64,000 nucleotides of DNA from Eledone cirrhosa (lineage: Eukaryota), in the NCBI GenBank assembly GCA_964016885.1, contig OZ024740.1:181846001-181910000 (forward strand), read 5' to 3'. Position numbers and translations under genes: made by a program. Position 1 is the stretch's first letter. Each line of letters opens with the position of its first letter. The notes under the pieces are model-generated. The model searched no databases, was not told where the DNA came from, and worked only from the letters and a program-made list of their open reading frames with translations. This document shows, one piece after another, positions 1 through 12,560 of this stretch.

Positions 1-89
1 GCAACATCGGTGAAGTTGGCACCCTTAACTCACAGTTGGGTGCGGATGCATTCATGTATATATGTGTGTGTCCGCATGTATCTGTGTGT

Positions 90-706
<617 letters not shown>

Positions 707-740
707 AAGAAATTAAAAGATGGTTAAAAAAGTTCCATAT

Positions 741-809
741 ACTTTATTATGCGCATTTCGAAAACAACATAATCCTGGGACAAAAATTGTGTTCTCAACA
801 GATAAAATA
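741..809 (-). ncRNA. Degenerate minimal type I hammerhead ribozyme (core CTGTTGA)
   Basis: Minus strand reads TATTTTAT-CTGTTGA-stem II-GAAA-TGCGCA-TA-ATAAAGT; core A6 is mutated. Confidence 0.6.
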
Positions 810-917
810 TGGTAACATGATATGAGGCCTAAAAACACTTGTGAACAAGAAAGTGTCCAAACAACAATGTTGACTGGACACTCTCTTGTTCACAAGTCTT
901 TTTAGATCATGTTACCT

Positions 918-987
918 TATTTTATCTGATGAGGACACAATTTTTGTCCCAGGATTATATTGTTTTCGAAATGCGCATAATAAAATA
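918..987 (+). ncRNA. Minimal type I hammerhead ribozyme
   Basis: Stem I TATTTTAT(918-925)/ATAAAATA(980-987), CTGATGA at 926-932, stem II G933..C967, GAAA at 968-971, palindromic loop III TGCGCA, predicted cleavage after A979. Confidence 0.8.
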
Positions 988-1159
988 TATGGAACTTTTT
1001 TAACAATCTTTTAATTTCTTCTTTATATATACTCCAGTTCTACCAACTGTCGAGTGCTACTTATCTGATATATGCATAGTTTTATTGTTCTACAATATTA
1101 CTTACCTCCTATATATATATATATATATATATACATATACAAACATACATACATATATA

Positions 1160-1208
<49 letters not shown>

Positions 1209-1361
1209 ATACACATATATATATATAAATATAATCTGAGTTTTTTGAATATTAAGAAAAACATTTGATTCGTTTGCAATTATGCAAACAAGCCTCATTT
1301 TATAGCCATGTCAGTAGAATGAACCCTTCATTCTTGCTCTTGTGTTGGCATGTAAACAGGA

Positions 1362-1405
1362 CTGCAGACACTAATGTTTGTGGGTATCACCCTTCATCAG
1401 TACAG
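1362..1405 (-). ncRNA. Degenerate minimal hammerhead ribozyme
   Basis: Minus strand reads CTGTA-CTGATGA-AGGGTGATACCCA-CAAA (GAAA mutated)-CATTAGTG-TC-TGCAG; stem I is CTGTA/TGCAG. Confidence 0.55.
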
Positions 1406-1470
1406 CTCACTGTTCACATGCCAACTGTCAGAGCTAGTTAAAATATATGCTATTTTCTAAAATATACCGT

Positions 1471-1580
1471 GACTGATCAGCCTGATTTACATATTAGCAG
1501 ACTGGCTGATCAGTCAGATCTACATATTAGCAGATCCACTGATCAGCCAGATTTGCATATCAGCAGACTGGCCAGTCAGT
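1471..1580. repeat. About 33-bp minisatellite, 3+ copies
   Basis: CTGATCAGCCAGATTTACATATTAGCAGA-like units repeated in tandem. Confidence 0.8.
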
Positions 1581-1798
1581 TTCCTGTATACGAGCGATAA
1601 ATGGCTGGCTTTGCCACATTCAAATAAAAAAGAAAATTTTCGCTCTACATGGCTGAATACAATAAATGTAATCTAAGTTTTTCGAATATTAATAACATTC
1701 GATTCGTTTGCAATTATGCAAACAAGCCTTATTTTATTTTTAATATTCGAAAAACTCAGATTACATTATTGTAATCAGTCATGTAGAGCGAAAATTTT

Positions 1799-1875
<77 letters not shown>

Positions 1876-1913
1876 TATACATATACATATATATATATAT
1901 ACAAACATATATA

Positions 1914-2080
1914 TCATCATCATCATCATTTTACGTCCACTTTTCCCTGCTTGCAGGGTTGGAACGGGAACTGATTCTGGCTTGATTTCTACAGCTGGAT
2001 GCCCTTCCTAACACCAACCTCATTCACAGTGAGTGCTGGGTGTTTTTTGCCATGCCACCTACACGACCACTTTGCAGTGG
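1914..2080 (-). mobile_element. RTE-type 3' UTR fragment
   Basis: (CAT)n-TTTTACGTCC...CTGGATGCCCTTCCTAACACCAACC matches 58517-58780. Confidence 0.8.
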
Positions 2081-2104
2081 AAAGATAGGGACTCCAGTCC
2101 CTAT

Positions 2105-2250
2105 CATCTCCTTTCTACAGCTGAGTAAACTGGAGCAATGTGAAATAAAGTCTCTTGCTCAAGGAAACAACACATCATCCGGTCTGAGAATTGAACTAAC
2201 AACCTTTCGATTACAAGGCCAATGCTTTAACCACTAAGCCATGTGCCGCC
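2105..2250 (-). mobile_element. tRNA-derived SINE, second family (similar at 7340-7680 +, 9560-9725 -, 21380-21510 -, 52245-52620)
   Basis: Minus strand has A-box TGGCTTAGTGG, a B-box-like AGTTCAATTC and the core TCCTTGAGCAAGA. Confidence 0.65.
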
Positions 2251-2257
2251 ATATATA

Positions 2258-3272
2258 TCCGGCTAACTTCAGTCTCCTCTGTGTCACGTTTGAGCTGACT
2301 TTTGGGAGGCTCCCGTACAGCTCTGAGATCTTCATCCTCAGTGTATACTGATTAATGTTCAGAGCCATCCTCAGCATTCTCGTGTAGCACCCATACCATC
2401 ATCTGAGTGAGTTTCTTGGTCAGTGTCCAAGTCTCAGACCCGTACAACAGCACAGACTTCACTGCAGCAATGAAGACACCCATCTTAAGGTCATTACAAA
2501 GGTCCGGCTTCCACACCAATCTCAAGCTGTGGCACGCCGCCCAGCATTTGCTCTTCCCCTTGGCCACTTCATCTTCCGTATTCCCAATCTTTGCTCCCAA
2601 ATACAGGAAGTCCTCAACTAATTCTAGTGGATTCCCACCTACATTAGTAATCTTCTCTCGTTTCTTAATATTCTCGACCAGATATTCATCTTAATGCCAT
2701 TCATTCTTAGCCCCACACTCATCGACACAGTTTCCACCTCCTGCATCAAATCCTCTGCCTCCTACACTGTGCTTTTCACCAAACTATGTCATCAGCAAAT
2801 TCAGCATCCAATATCTTTTTCACCTTAACCCTCCTGTTTTGAGTCGGTGTTACAGTAAAGCCAGAGTCCTGATGTTTTTCTAGCGCAAGGCGCATACAAT
2901 AGTCCACTGCAATGATAAAAAGGTAGGCAGCCAATGTATCTCCCTAGAGCACTCCGGCCAGTATCTCAAGAACTCTGTCATCCCATCAGGTGTAATGATT
3001 TTGGCTTTCGTGTTGGTGTAGAGCAGTGATATCAGGTCCTATCTCTTCTTGGGGATTTTATAAGCCTGTAAGATCTTCATCCAGCAGTGACGGTCCACAG
3101 AATATTGGTCACACTTTAAGAGGAAGACAGAGGTTAACATATGTTGATGCCCTAAGGAAAGACACTAGTCTCTTGGAAATGCAGGGCATGGCAGCGATAA
3201 TTAGGGACAGAGACCGCCAGAGAGAACTCGCCATGGATCTCGGGAATTTTACCCGCCCTAGAAAGATAGATT
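2258..3272. mobile_element. Decayed RTE LINE with 5' inversion (2258-3025 minus RT segment; about 3030-3272 plus C-terminal segment)
   Basis: Minus: GDTLAAYLFIIAVDY, DAEFADDI, LLYGSETWTL, RRLKLAG. Plus: RGRQRLTYVDALRKDT...RDRDR. Confidence 0.75.
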
Positions 3273-3305
3273 CATACATATATATATATATATATATACA
3301 ATGAT

Positions 3306-3538
3306 ATTAAATAAATGGAAACTATATTTATAAAACCATATTTATTCTATTATATATATTTCAAGGGTACTAAAAATTTTGTTAAGCTATCATCAGATAA
3401 AATACAAAATGTTTTATAAATATTTGACATGACCAAGGATAATATACCTTAACGGTTCAAGTTATCCCTGTCGAGTGCTCTGAATCAGTTATAAACATCT
3501 ATATTTGTTGGATTTCCAACAAATTAAATATCCCTTCT
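3306..3538. mobile_element. PLE pseudo-LTR insertion (family C): minus-strand arm with hammerhead joined to a plus-strand tail
   Basis: Homologous to 10366-10530 and to the tail at 11781-11866; TA-flanked. Confidence 0.7.
3343..3404 (-). ncRNA. Minimal hammerhead ribozyme motif
   Basis: Minus strand reads TATTTTAT-CTGATGA-...CCCTT-GAAA-TATATA-TA-ATAGAATA; stem II is eroded. Confidence 0.6.
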
Positions 3539-3549
3539 ATATATATATA

Positions 3550-3639
<90 letters not shown>

Positions 3640-3966
3640 CGTATATATATATACATATATAAACATATATAAAAAAAAAATTATTTCACTCTATATGGCC
3701 GAATACAATAAATATAAGCAACACACAGGCAAGAATGAGGGGCTCATTCTACTGACATGACTTTAAAGATGAGGCTTGTTTGCATAATTGCAAACGAATC
3801 GTATCGGAGATTATTATTGATATTCGAAAGACTCATATTACATGTATATATATATATACATATATATATACATACATATATATATAGAGATGCATGCATC
3901 ATCATCATTTTACGTCCGTTTATCCCTACTTTGAAGGCTATATATATATATATATATATACATATA

Positions 3967-4071
<105 letters not shown>

Positions 4072-5905
4072 ATAAATACATACTTATATATATATATACA
4101 TACATATATGTATATATTTATACATGGTGGCTGCCAAATTGTTTTTGTGTACGGCCACTACTTTATATCATGTAGGAGTACCCCTACTGATGCGCTGAAC
4201 GAGTGTGACTTTTTAGTCCAGCCAGCGACTTAAAAACTCTGGTACAAACTTATGACTATTATTGACACATAGTACTGGACCCATGGTACCATGTGACGAC
4301 AAGTGCAGAGAGATCTCCAGATACAAAGCAATGCTTGTGCCGTGAAGCTTTTATAGTGAGCAAATGCACTGCAAAGAAGCCAGTCCCACTCTCTTAACCA
4401 AGATGATATTTACCAAAATGAAGAACAAGTCAACATCATTGGATACCATCAGAGTTGCAGGTGTTATATCAGAATTTTCCTTCTCCTAGAATTCTTCCTT
4501 GACAAAGGCTAAGGGGTCATCTCTCCTGGTGATTTTGGATGGCCATTGATTCTTAAGAGCTCCTTTGCCCTTTGACAGGTTTTGTCTTTAGTCCTGCAGG
4601 ATGTCCAAAGTCACCCTCTCACCCAGAAACCTTGGTGGGGTTGCCAGTTTAGTCGCCAACGACCCGATCATGAGACAGGTTGTACTGGGATACATGTTAC
4701 AAGTAGCACCAACTGGTGACCTGACATATTTATACATACATATATAACTACATACATACATATATATATATAATGGTAGAACACTGGAAGGTAATATCCG
4801 TAGTTGCAGAGCACTGAGTCCATGGGACGAGTTAGGTAGAAGTGGTTTAACTCCTTCAAATCCAAAAACGCGAAGTTCACACAGTTTGACATTGCTGACT
4901 TTTATCCGTCAATCTCAGGGACATAGTTAAACGAAGCGTTGGATTTTACTACCACTTCACTACCGTCGATGGTTTCGACAGGGAAATCATCGCTCACTGC
5001 CGGAAAACCCTCCTCTTCAACAACGGAGTAGCCTGGGCAAAGAAGTCAACATCTTCAGACCTATTCCACATCTCCATCGGATGGTTTGACAGTGCTGACG
5101 TATGCGACTTGGTTGGCCTATTTATTTTAGACATATTACGTGTTAGACTTCCACACGGGAATATACTGCAGCGATGGACTGACCTTATCGAGCCATAAAA
5201 GTGGTCACGACCCGTTTAAAAAAGACTTAGCTTCTACCTTCAATGAGTTAGGACTTAGGATAAAAGTAGCTACGAACCTCTATAGCGTAGATTTCTTAGA
5301 CATTAACTTAGAGCTTCGCACACACACCTACAGACCCTTACATAAGCTAAACGAAAAAGTCAATTACATTCACAAGGACTCATGCAACCCTCCCACTGTT
5401 TTTAGAAACTTCGTAAATAATATCAGTACTAGAATCTCAACCTCTCCTCTAATAAGGCTCTCTTTGACAGGGCGGCACCCACTATAACACGGCGTTAGCT
5501 AACAGCGGCTTCGCGCAACCTATCACTTACTCTCCCACTAACAACAACAGCAACAAGAAAAGAAAGCGTAACAATAGACAAACTATCTGGTTCTCTCCTC
5601 CCTTCTCACTCAACATTAAAACCAGTGTAGGCAAAAAATGTCTAGCCCTTTTAGATAGACACTTTCGCATAAGTCATAAATACCGATCCATTTTTAACCG
5701 ACACAAAGTAAAACTAGGATACTCCTGCACTAAGAACATGAAGGCCCACATCACCAACAGTCCTAAGAGCAACACTCCACCAGGGTTCTCTTGCCGTAAG
5801 CCCGAAGCTTGTCCCCTTCAACAGCAATGCAACAAACCCTTTGTCGTTTATGGAGCTGTGGTCACTTCCAACCGACCAAATCAACCATAGGAGGTCAAAT
5901 CCTTT

Positions 5906-6200
5906 GTGGGTATGGCGGAGGGCCGATTTAAGGAACGCTTTCTGAACCACCAATCGACCTTTAGGCACGCGGTCGGACGTTCATCCACGAAACTCGCGAG
6001 CCACGTATGGTCCCTCAAGCACGCAAGTATAGAGTACTCCATTCAATGGAAAGCCATCACTAAGTCCAAGCCATACGCAAGGGGCAATCCGTCATGTGGA
6101 CTATGTATTGATAAACGAATAAATATTTTAAAGAGATCACGCAATAGTGATTGCCTAAACACGAGATTGAATTCTTCACACGTTGTCCACACGTCTGGAA
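5906..6200 (+). pseudogene. GIY-YIG endonuclease domain remnant of the PLE
   Basis: ORF 5906..6334 N-terminal part has the YIG-like VGM motif, catalytic R (KERF), H residues and CxxC. Confidence 0.8.
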
Positions 6201-6381
6201 ACACTTCTTACATAACTACAAACTCCGGATTGAATTACAACAACATCCTAATTGTCTTATCAACTAGAATCTTTCGGACTTTCGCAGTTATCTCCCTTAC
6301 ACCTCTCGCACGCAATTTAGTATTGCCTGTGTGAAATGATCGTTTGTTTGTCCTTCCTGTTCCGTATAACCATGTCCATTA

Positions 6382-6419
6382 CGAGCTGAGGTTCCGCTAA
6401 GGTGAAACAATTGTTCTCG
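6382..6419 (+). ncRNA. Degenerate minimal hammerhead in the PLE 3' pseudo-LTR
   Basis: CGAG-CTGAGGT-TCCGCTAAGGT-GAAA-CAATTG-TT-CTCG; stem I CGAG/CTCG, palindromic loop III, core A9 mutated. Confidence 0.6.
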
Positions 6420-6482
6420 GTATGGTGAACTAACTGTTGTGTAACCACTTCTCTCTCTCTCTATCTATATGTATATATATAT

Positions 6483-6638
6483 GTAGGAGGTGAGTTTTAT
6501 TGTAGCACAATTGTAGCTTCATATCGTGTCTCCCTATTTTATCTGTTGAGAACGCAAATATCGTCCCAGGAAGATATTTGTTTTTGAAATGCGCATAATA
6601 AAATACATGAAACCTTTTGAACCATCTTTTAATTTCTT

Positions 6639-6640
<2 letters not shown>
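6483..6640 (+). mobile_element. Family B pseudo-LTR: inverted tail end joined to a tail-less arm with a degenerate hammerhead (6535-6605)
   Basis: GTAGGAGGTGAGTTTTATTGTA is the reverse complement of the family B tail end; CTGTTGA..GAAATGCGCATAATAAAATA follows. Confidence 0.7.
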
Positions 6641-6705
<65 letters not shown>

Positions 6706-6707
<2 letters not shown>

Positions 6708-6895
6708 CGAAGGAAATGTGGTAAGGAACCAGGTGGACCATAACGCACCAAAGTACTCAATACTTGAGGTAGTAGAGTGGGTAATAGGAACCAGTAAGAC
6801 CCCGACAGCTGAGCTCAAGCCGTTTCGACGGCTAATTCTGGACTAGAATTAGCCGTCGAAACGGCTTGAGCTCAGCTGTCGGGGTCTTACTGGTT

Positions 6896-6900
<5 letters not shown>
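6706..6900 (-). mobile_element. Second copy of the family A fold-back mini-element, opposite orientation
   Basis: Reverse complement of 257-452 with few substitutions; axis at 6842; TA-flanked. Confidence 0.8.
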
Positions 6901-6967
<67 letters not shown>

Positions 6968-8429
6968 GTAAAAGCTGATTCATTATATATCTGATTTTTG
7001 GACCATGGAACTGAGACAACAGACTAAGACAAGTGTGGATATGTAATATCTCGCAAAAGAGAAAACAGATCTTTAAACCTTATAGATTGATGATGATGAT
7101 GATGATGATGATGATACAGGCAGTAATTGCAATTATTGGAAACTTTTATCTAGTCTAATGGAAAAAATTACAAAAGGAGTAAAAACGTTAATAATAGAAA
7201 TAGAAGGACATGCTTAATTTAGTATATATATATTCTTTGAGGTGGCAGGAAAATTTGTTTTATTTCATTTAATGTATGTTGATGCAGTGTTTATTCCCCA
7301 TGGACAGACAGAGCTATTACTGATGTAGTCAATGACATGATGCAATGAGGCTGCGAGTAAGATTCCCAAGCTGGGTAATGAGCTATGTCCTTGAGCAAGA
7401 TACTTTATTTCACGTTTCTCCAGTTTGCTAAGCTGTAAAAATGAGTTGAGATGTCATGTGTACAAAGCTGTATTGACCATTGCATTTCCCTTGGATAACA
7501 TTGGTGAAATGGAGATGGAAGACTGGTATTCATGGGTGACTGCTGGACTTCCACAAACAAATCTTGTCCAGATTTTGCCTTGAAGGGGAAAATTTTAGGT
7601 GCAAAGCTCATGGTAATTTTTGACCAAAAGTGGTCTTTATCCTTTACGGTGGTATGGGATTGGTCAATATAATGGGAATCATAAACATTCTTTTTCCAGG
7701 ATTTAAGTGGCATCTTGTTTTTGTGATGCAGATTATAAAATTCCTGTTTCCATTTATTAGCTAATTTATATAATTGTCTGAGCCTTAATTCTACAAAATA
7801 GCAGTAACACCAAATACAGAACTGTCTTGGACCATTGCAGCCACATCCAACACACACCAGCATGGAAAATGAATATAAATATAAATTGGTGATGATGATT
7901 GCGATACCATCTGCTGGCTATTTCAAATTTTCGTATTATTAAGTTGGTGATAGAAAAAAATGCGTTTGGTATATCAGTGGTAGCTTTTACCAAATGAGGA
8001 ACCAAATTTGGTTTTGAACAACTTTTCATTTGCATAATATTGATGCCATTTACACCTTTAAATTATAAACGATGAGGATGATGATGATGATGATGATGAT
8101 ACATATATATATATATATATATAAGATGCGTCTACCTGATTTGCTCGATTTGTGGTCCCACCACGCTTTCATATCGATAAAAAGGCCTTGGGCGCGCTGA
8201 TGATCGATTTCGATGTCCTGTTTTAAGCATCGAAACATCTATGATCACAGTTAACAGCTGATGAAGGGTTTATTCTCTTGTTTACGTCCACATTACTACG
8301 TTACACTTTGTTGACAGTAACTACACAGCCCGCTACATTTCTTATATATATATAGTGCAGATCTTGGGTACACAAGAGATATAGTGGGAAGTAGGCAAAC
8401 TAACAGGTAGAGGAAAATACGTATGCAGT

Positions 8430-9126
8430 AGATGTACAGGGAAATTTGACAGTAGAAGTCGCATTGATAGACACATTTTTTCAAATGCAGGTAGGTTCTA
8501 TAGAAGTGGTTGATAGCTTCTGGTACTTAGGTGATCAGATTAGCATGGGAGGGGGTGTTCTGAGGCCATAGTATCAAGAATAAAGACAGGTTGGAAGAAG
8601 TTTAGGGAGCTGCTTCCTCTGCTGATGAAGAAGGGTTTCTCCCTGTGTACGAAAGGACAGTTATATGATGCCTGTGTGAGGTGCGCAATGCTGTATGGTT
8701 GTGAGACATAGGCAGTAACTGCAGAGGATATGCGACAGCTGGAGAGAAATGAAGCAAGCATGCTCCGTTGGATGTGCAATGTCAATGTGCGTGAATGACC
8801 GAGCATAGATGTGTTGAGTGAGAAATTGTGTTTAAAAGAGATAAATGTAGTGCGTGGGAGAGAAGTCTGCGATATGGACATCTGATGTGCATGGTGGATG
8901 ACTGCTGGGTAAAGAAGTGCCAAGAAATGCCAGTTGAAGGAATACGCACTAGAGGAAGAGCACGAAAAACATGGGCGAAGGTGGTGAGAGCAGACCTCAG
9001 ATCGCTGAAGCTCGCGGTGGAGATGAGGAAGGACTGTGACAAGTGGAGATATGCTGTGCTGAATAGGACCCGTCCAACCCTTGCAAGCAGGGAGAAGCAG
9101 ACGTAAAATGATGATGATGATGATGA
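8430..9126 (+). mobile_element. RTE LINE 3' fragment
   Basis: YLGDQISMGGGCSEAIVSRIKTGWKKFRELLPLL; RYGHLMCM..CWVKKC; (GAT)n tail. Confidence 0.9.
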
Positions 9127-10404
9127 GAAACACACCACAACAGAAACTATCCATCTCAATTTTAATTTTGAAAATCATAAAAACTGTGAAACTGGTAAAA
9201 TAAATAAATATTTTTAAAAGACTCCAGTTGCATTTTCTATTTCTTTTCCTTATATATTTACCTGTGAAGGAAATTTAAAAAAACTTTACTTTCTTATATG
9301 TATGTATGTGTGAGTGCATGTGCTAGGAAGACTGGTAGTGCCTTAACCCTTAATTGCTGAAGTATTGATGAGTAAATCAATAGGATGTTCAACAATATAA
9401 ATGAGTACATCACCCAGGAAAATTACTCCTAGGCACAGACTCAATATTTGTATAGTTTATTGAAATATATTATGGTGTCATATATATAATATAAAAAGTA
9501 TAATGTCTGTCATGAGCCTGGAGCCTCATAAAGCCTGTGCTTATCCTAGTTTCCATCACAAGGATATATCTCCAGTTATTGCTGGTATGCATTTTAAGCT
9601 TATACTGGAGAAACATGAAACAAAGTGTTTTGAACAAGAACACAACACACATCACAGTCTAGGAATCAAACCAATGACATTATGATCATAAGTCCAACAC
9701 ACTTACCAGTAGGCCATGCATCTGCACCATATATGATATAGAGGGTTGGAAAATATTGAGCAACTAAGATTATCCCAGCTATCAGGAAATAAAAACTCCT
9801 TTTACGGGTTACTGAAAACTTAAAGCTACATGCAAGGAAGATAATTCAAATGTGATGAGTTAATCAAAATGTTGCAGCAATATCAACAATATAGATTGGA
9901 GTTACATTCCAAACATGGATGTATGGGAAACATCGATGAATGATTTGGTAGAAATTGAAGAAAAGTGTTATAAATAAAATTGTTAAATGAACTAGCTTCA
10001 GTAAAATTATATATACAGAATTCTATACAATTTAAAGTACATTCTTTCAGTTCACCTAACTGCTGAGATTAGGTGCCATTTCACCTAGAAATCTTACTTA
10101 TGATGGAGTATAACTCTATTATCAGTTCATAATAGAATGAAAGTCTATCTCAGAAGTCAAATGAAGAAAAAAAAAAAACAAGATAAACTGTATACGCTTA
10201 CACTGTCTTGCACTCAATAACAAAACAAGAACATAAATGCTCAAAACGTAGTGTATCTCTGTCTATGTATGTATTTGTCAATAATTCATGTTGGTTAAAT
10301 TTCTTTTCCGTCTTAACTAAATTTTGTTTAAATATATATAAATATACATATATATATATATACAATATATTAATAAATTGAAACTATATTTATAAAACCA
10401 TAAT

Positions 10405-10470
10405 TATTTTATTATATATATTTCAAGGGCAACCAAGGAAGATTATGGTGCGCTTTCATCAGATAAAATA
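10405..10470 (-). ncRNA. Minimal type I hammerhead ribozyme
   Basis: Minus strand reads TATTTTAT-CTGATGA-AAGCGCACCA..TGGTTGCCCTT-GAAA-TATATA-TA-ATAAAATA; intact core and 8-bp stem I. Confidence 0.78.
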
Positions 10471-10613
10471 CAGATTTGTTTTATAAATAAATATTGACAT
10501 ACCTGGAAAAAAAACAACCTCAACGGTTGAAATTCGACTATCCAGCGAATTTCAACCGTGGAGGTTGTGTTTTTTCCGGGTATGTCAATATTTATTTTTA
10601 TAAAATAAATCTG

Positions 10614-10692
10614 TATTTTATCTGATGAAAGCGCACCATAATCTTCCTTGGTTGCCCTTGAAATATATAAAATATATATAAAAAAATATATA
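10614..10692 (+). ncRNA. Mirror hammerhead with stem III and cleavage site disturbed by an AT-rich duplication
   Basis: CTGATGA at 10622-10628 and GAAA at 10660-10663, followed by a duplicated AAATATATA segment. Confidence 0.55.
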
Positions 10693-10741
10693 TAATAAAA
10701 TAATTATGGTTTTATAAATATAGTTTCCATTTATTAATATA

Positions 10742-11770
10742 CTAGCAGTAAAGCCCGGCGTTGCTCGGGGTCGCTCAGTAGCTCTGTTAAAGTTACAATG
10801 TTAAGTTTCTTTCTTGGCTTAAAAACTGTAGTGTCTACTGTGCAGACTTGCATGTGGTGTTTTTGATTAATATTCCCTCAACCAACAATATGCCTTATGA
10901 AGTTAAGAAAACATAACGATAACCCGAATGTTATAACAAAAGAGGATGCTGGGGATAGAAACTACACTGGTTATTTATTAACAAAGATCGAAAATGTAAA
11001 CACTGCAACGCAGAGAAAAACATTAGCGTAACCAAATTATCAGTTATGTCTGTCTGCACGCCTATATCACCTCTCTGCACGACTGTCTGTCTGCACGCCT
11101 ATATCACCTCTCTGCACGACTATCTGTCTGCACGCCTATATCACCTCTCTGCACGACTGTCTGTCTGCACGACTATCTGTCTGCACGCCTATATCACCTC
11201 TCTGCACGACTGTCTGTCTGCACGCCTATATCACATCTCTGCACGACTGTCTGTCTGCACGCGTATATCACCTCTCTGCACGACTGTCTGTCTGCACGCC
11301 TAACGACGAAATATTTGCTTGTTTTACGTAGTCTTTAAATAGACTTGTTTTCAAGTAAAAATATTGTTTTAAAATGCTTTTAAATGGAAATGAAGCAAAA
11401 CGGAAGCTTAGTGTTCGAACTGATGAATTTTGCAGGTCAATAGTTTGCTGGCTCGACGACAACTGTTTGTGTATTGTGTTAATGTCATTTTAAACGCTGA
11501 GAAAGCCAGCGTAATTTTTTACGTAAGACGCTCAATGTAAACAGAACAGAGGGAAATAACTGATAACTCACGCTCAAAAATCGATACATTATATTCGATT
11601 TCGTCACATAGGGTGGGTCAATTTGAAATTTCTTTTTTCCGATGTCTTCGCTAGGGCTCAATGTACAAGTATAGCAATTTCGGTGCAATTCCGTGAGAGA
11701 TTCTAAGAGGAGATGTGTGCCAAAAATCGATAGACAGACAGACAACCACAGTTTTATATATATAGATAGA
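10742..11770 (-). mobile_element. Non-autonomous Helitron
   Basis: On the minus strand it begins TC and ends CTAG, with a subterminal GC hairpin (CCCGGCGTTGCTCGGG, 10754-10769). Inserted between A and T with no target-site duplication. Confidence 0.88.
11047..11301. repeat. 37-bp minisatellite inside the Helitron (about 6-7 copies)
   Basis: CACGCCTATATCACCTCTCTGCACGACTGTCTGTCTG units. Confidence 0.95.
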
Positions 11771-11940
11771 TTGTATATTTACTCCACTAACCTATTGAGT
11801 GCTTTACATCAGTTATAAACATTTTTAAGCTTGTTGAATCCCAACAAATTAAATATGACCTCTGCATATATATATATATGCTAGCGTAGAAGATAGACAT
11901 TAAACGATAAAACTGCGTCTTTGCCTTTTGGAAATGAAAT

Positions 11941-12120
11941 AATTGTTTCTACTTTAGGCACAAGGCCATCAATTACCCAGTACATTACTGGTACTTTATT
12001 TTATCGACCCCGTAAGGATAAAAGGCAAAGTTAACCTTGGCGGGATTTGAACTCAGACCGTAAAGGGACGTAACTATGCTAGAAAGCATGGCGTCCAACC
12101 CTCTACCGATAATGCGGAGG
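11941..12120 (-). mobile_element. tRNA-derived SINE with Meta-type core (also 19140-19365 +, 20820-20960 -, 41435-41615 -, 42095-42345 +, 53882-54080 -, 54105-54260 -, 56003-56215 -, 56365-56552 +)
   Basis: B box GAGTTCAAATCC and core CTTTGCCTTTCATCCTTACGGGGTCGATAAAATAAAGTACCAGT, repeated many times in the window. Confidence 0.85.
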
Positions 12121-12560
12121 AAATATGAATTGTTGAAGGTCATATCTAAATCAAAAGGTTCCACAATTTCACTGGAAGTAATTTCAAATGATACTGCAAC
12201 ATAAATAATGCTACAAAACACAAAAAAGTAATATAAACTGCAAAACGCACATTAGGTACATATATGCACAATCACAAACAAACACCAATATTAAAACAAT
12301 CACATAGTTAGCATTATAAAAACACAAAACAAACACAGTAACATGGCAACACACAAAGAACACAATAACAACCAGAAGTCGTTTATATATTTACATTCAG
12401 TTCAGATAAAAGCGGAATGATGTGCTGAAAATATTCCAGGGCTAAGGAAGGATATAAAAGAACGAAACGGTAACAAGTGTGTGCTTTTTCTTTTTCCTTC
12501 TTTTTTAATATTGCCAAATGACGTTCCTAAGTTTTATATATATATATATGTATATATATA

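Larger units (their letters stand above)
703..1110 (+). mobile_element. Fold-back PLE pseudo-LTR insertion (family B): about 160-bp imperfect inverted arms, each with a hammerhead motif, plus tail
   Basis: 703-866 pairs with 868-1024 (axis CAACA-A-TGTTG at 867). Tail at 1031-1110. Related copies at 6483-6640 and 36746-37010. Confidence 0.8.
1224..1802. mobile_element. Decayed PLE-like pseudo-LTR fragments with an internal fold-back (1630-1802); related copy at 3680-3845
   Basis: Shared TTTGCAATTATGCAAA hairpin block in three copies; AAAGAAAATTTTCGCTCTACATG.../...CATGTAGAGCGAAAATTTTCTTT inverted arms; TA-flanked. Confidence 0.5.
4771..6452 (+). mobile_element. 5'-truncated, frameshifted Penelope-like retroelement (RT plus C-terminal GIY-YIG endonuclease; Hydra-clade-like by motifs)
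   Basis: WFNSFKSKNAKFTQFDIADFYPSI; GIYCSDGL (degenerate YRDDG); VDFLDINL; IWFSPPFSLNIKTSVGK; FVGMAEGRFKERFLNHQSTF...STKLASHVW...CGLCIDK. A 3' hammerhead follows, and 4771-4847 looks like an inverted tail. Confidence 0.88.
10360..11866 (+). mobile_element. Family C fold-back pseudo-LTR insertion (about 175-bp arms, 9-nt loop at 10537-10545), with its right arm interrupted by a Helitron and its tail at 11771-11866
   Basis: 10360-10536 is the reverse complement of 10546-10741 plus 11771-11777, apart from a small local duplication. Hammerhead cores lie on both arms. Confidence 0.82.
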
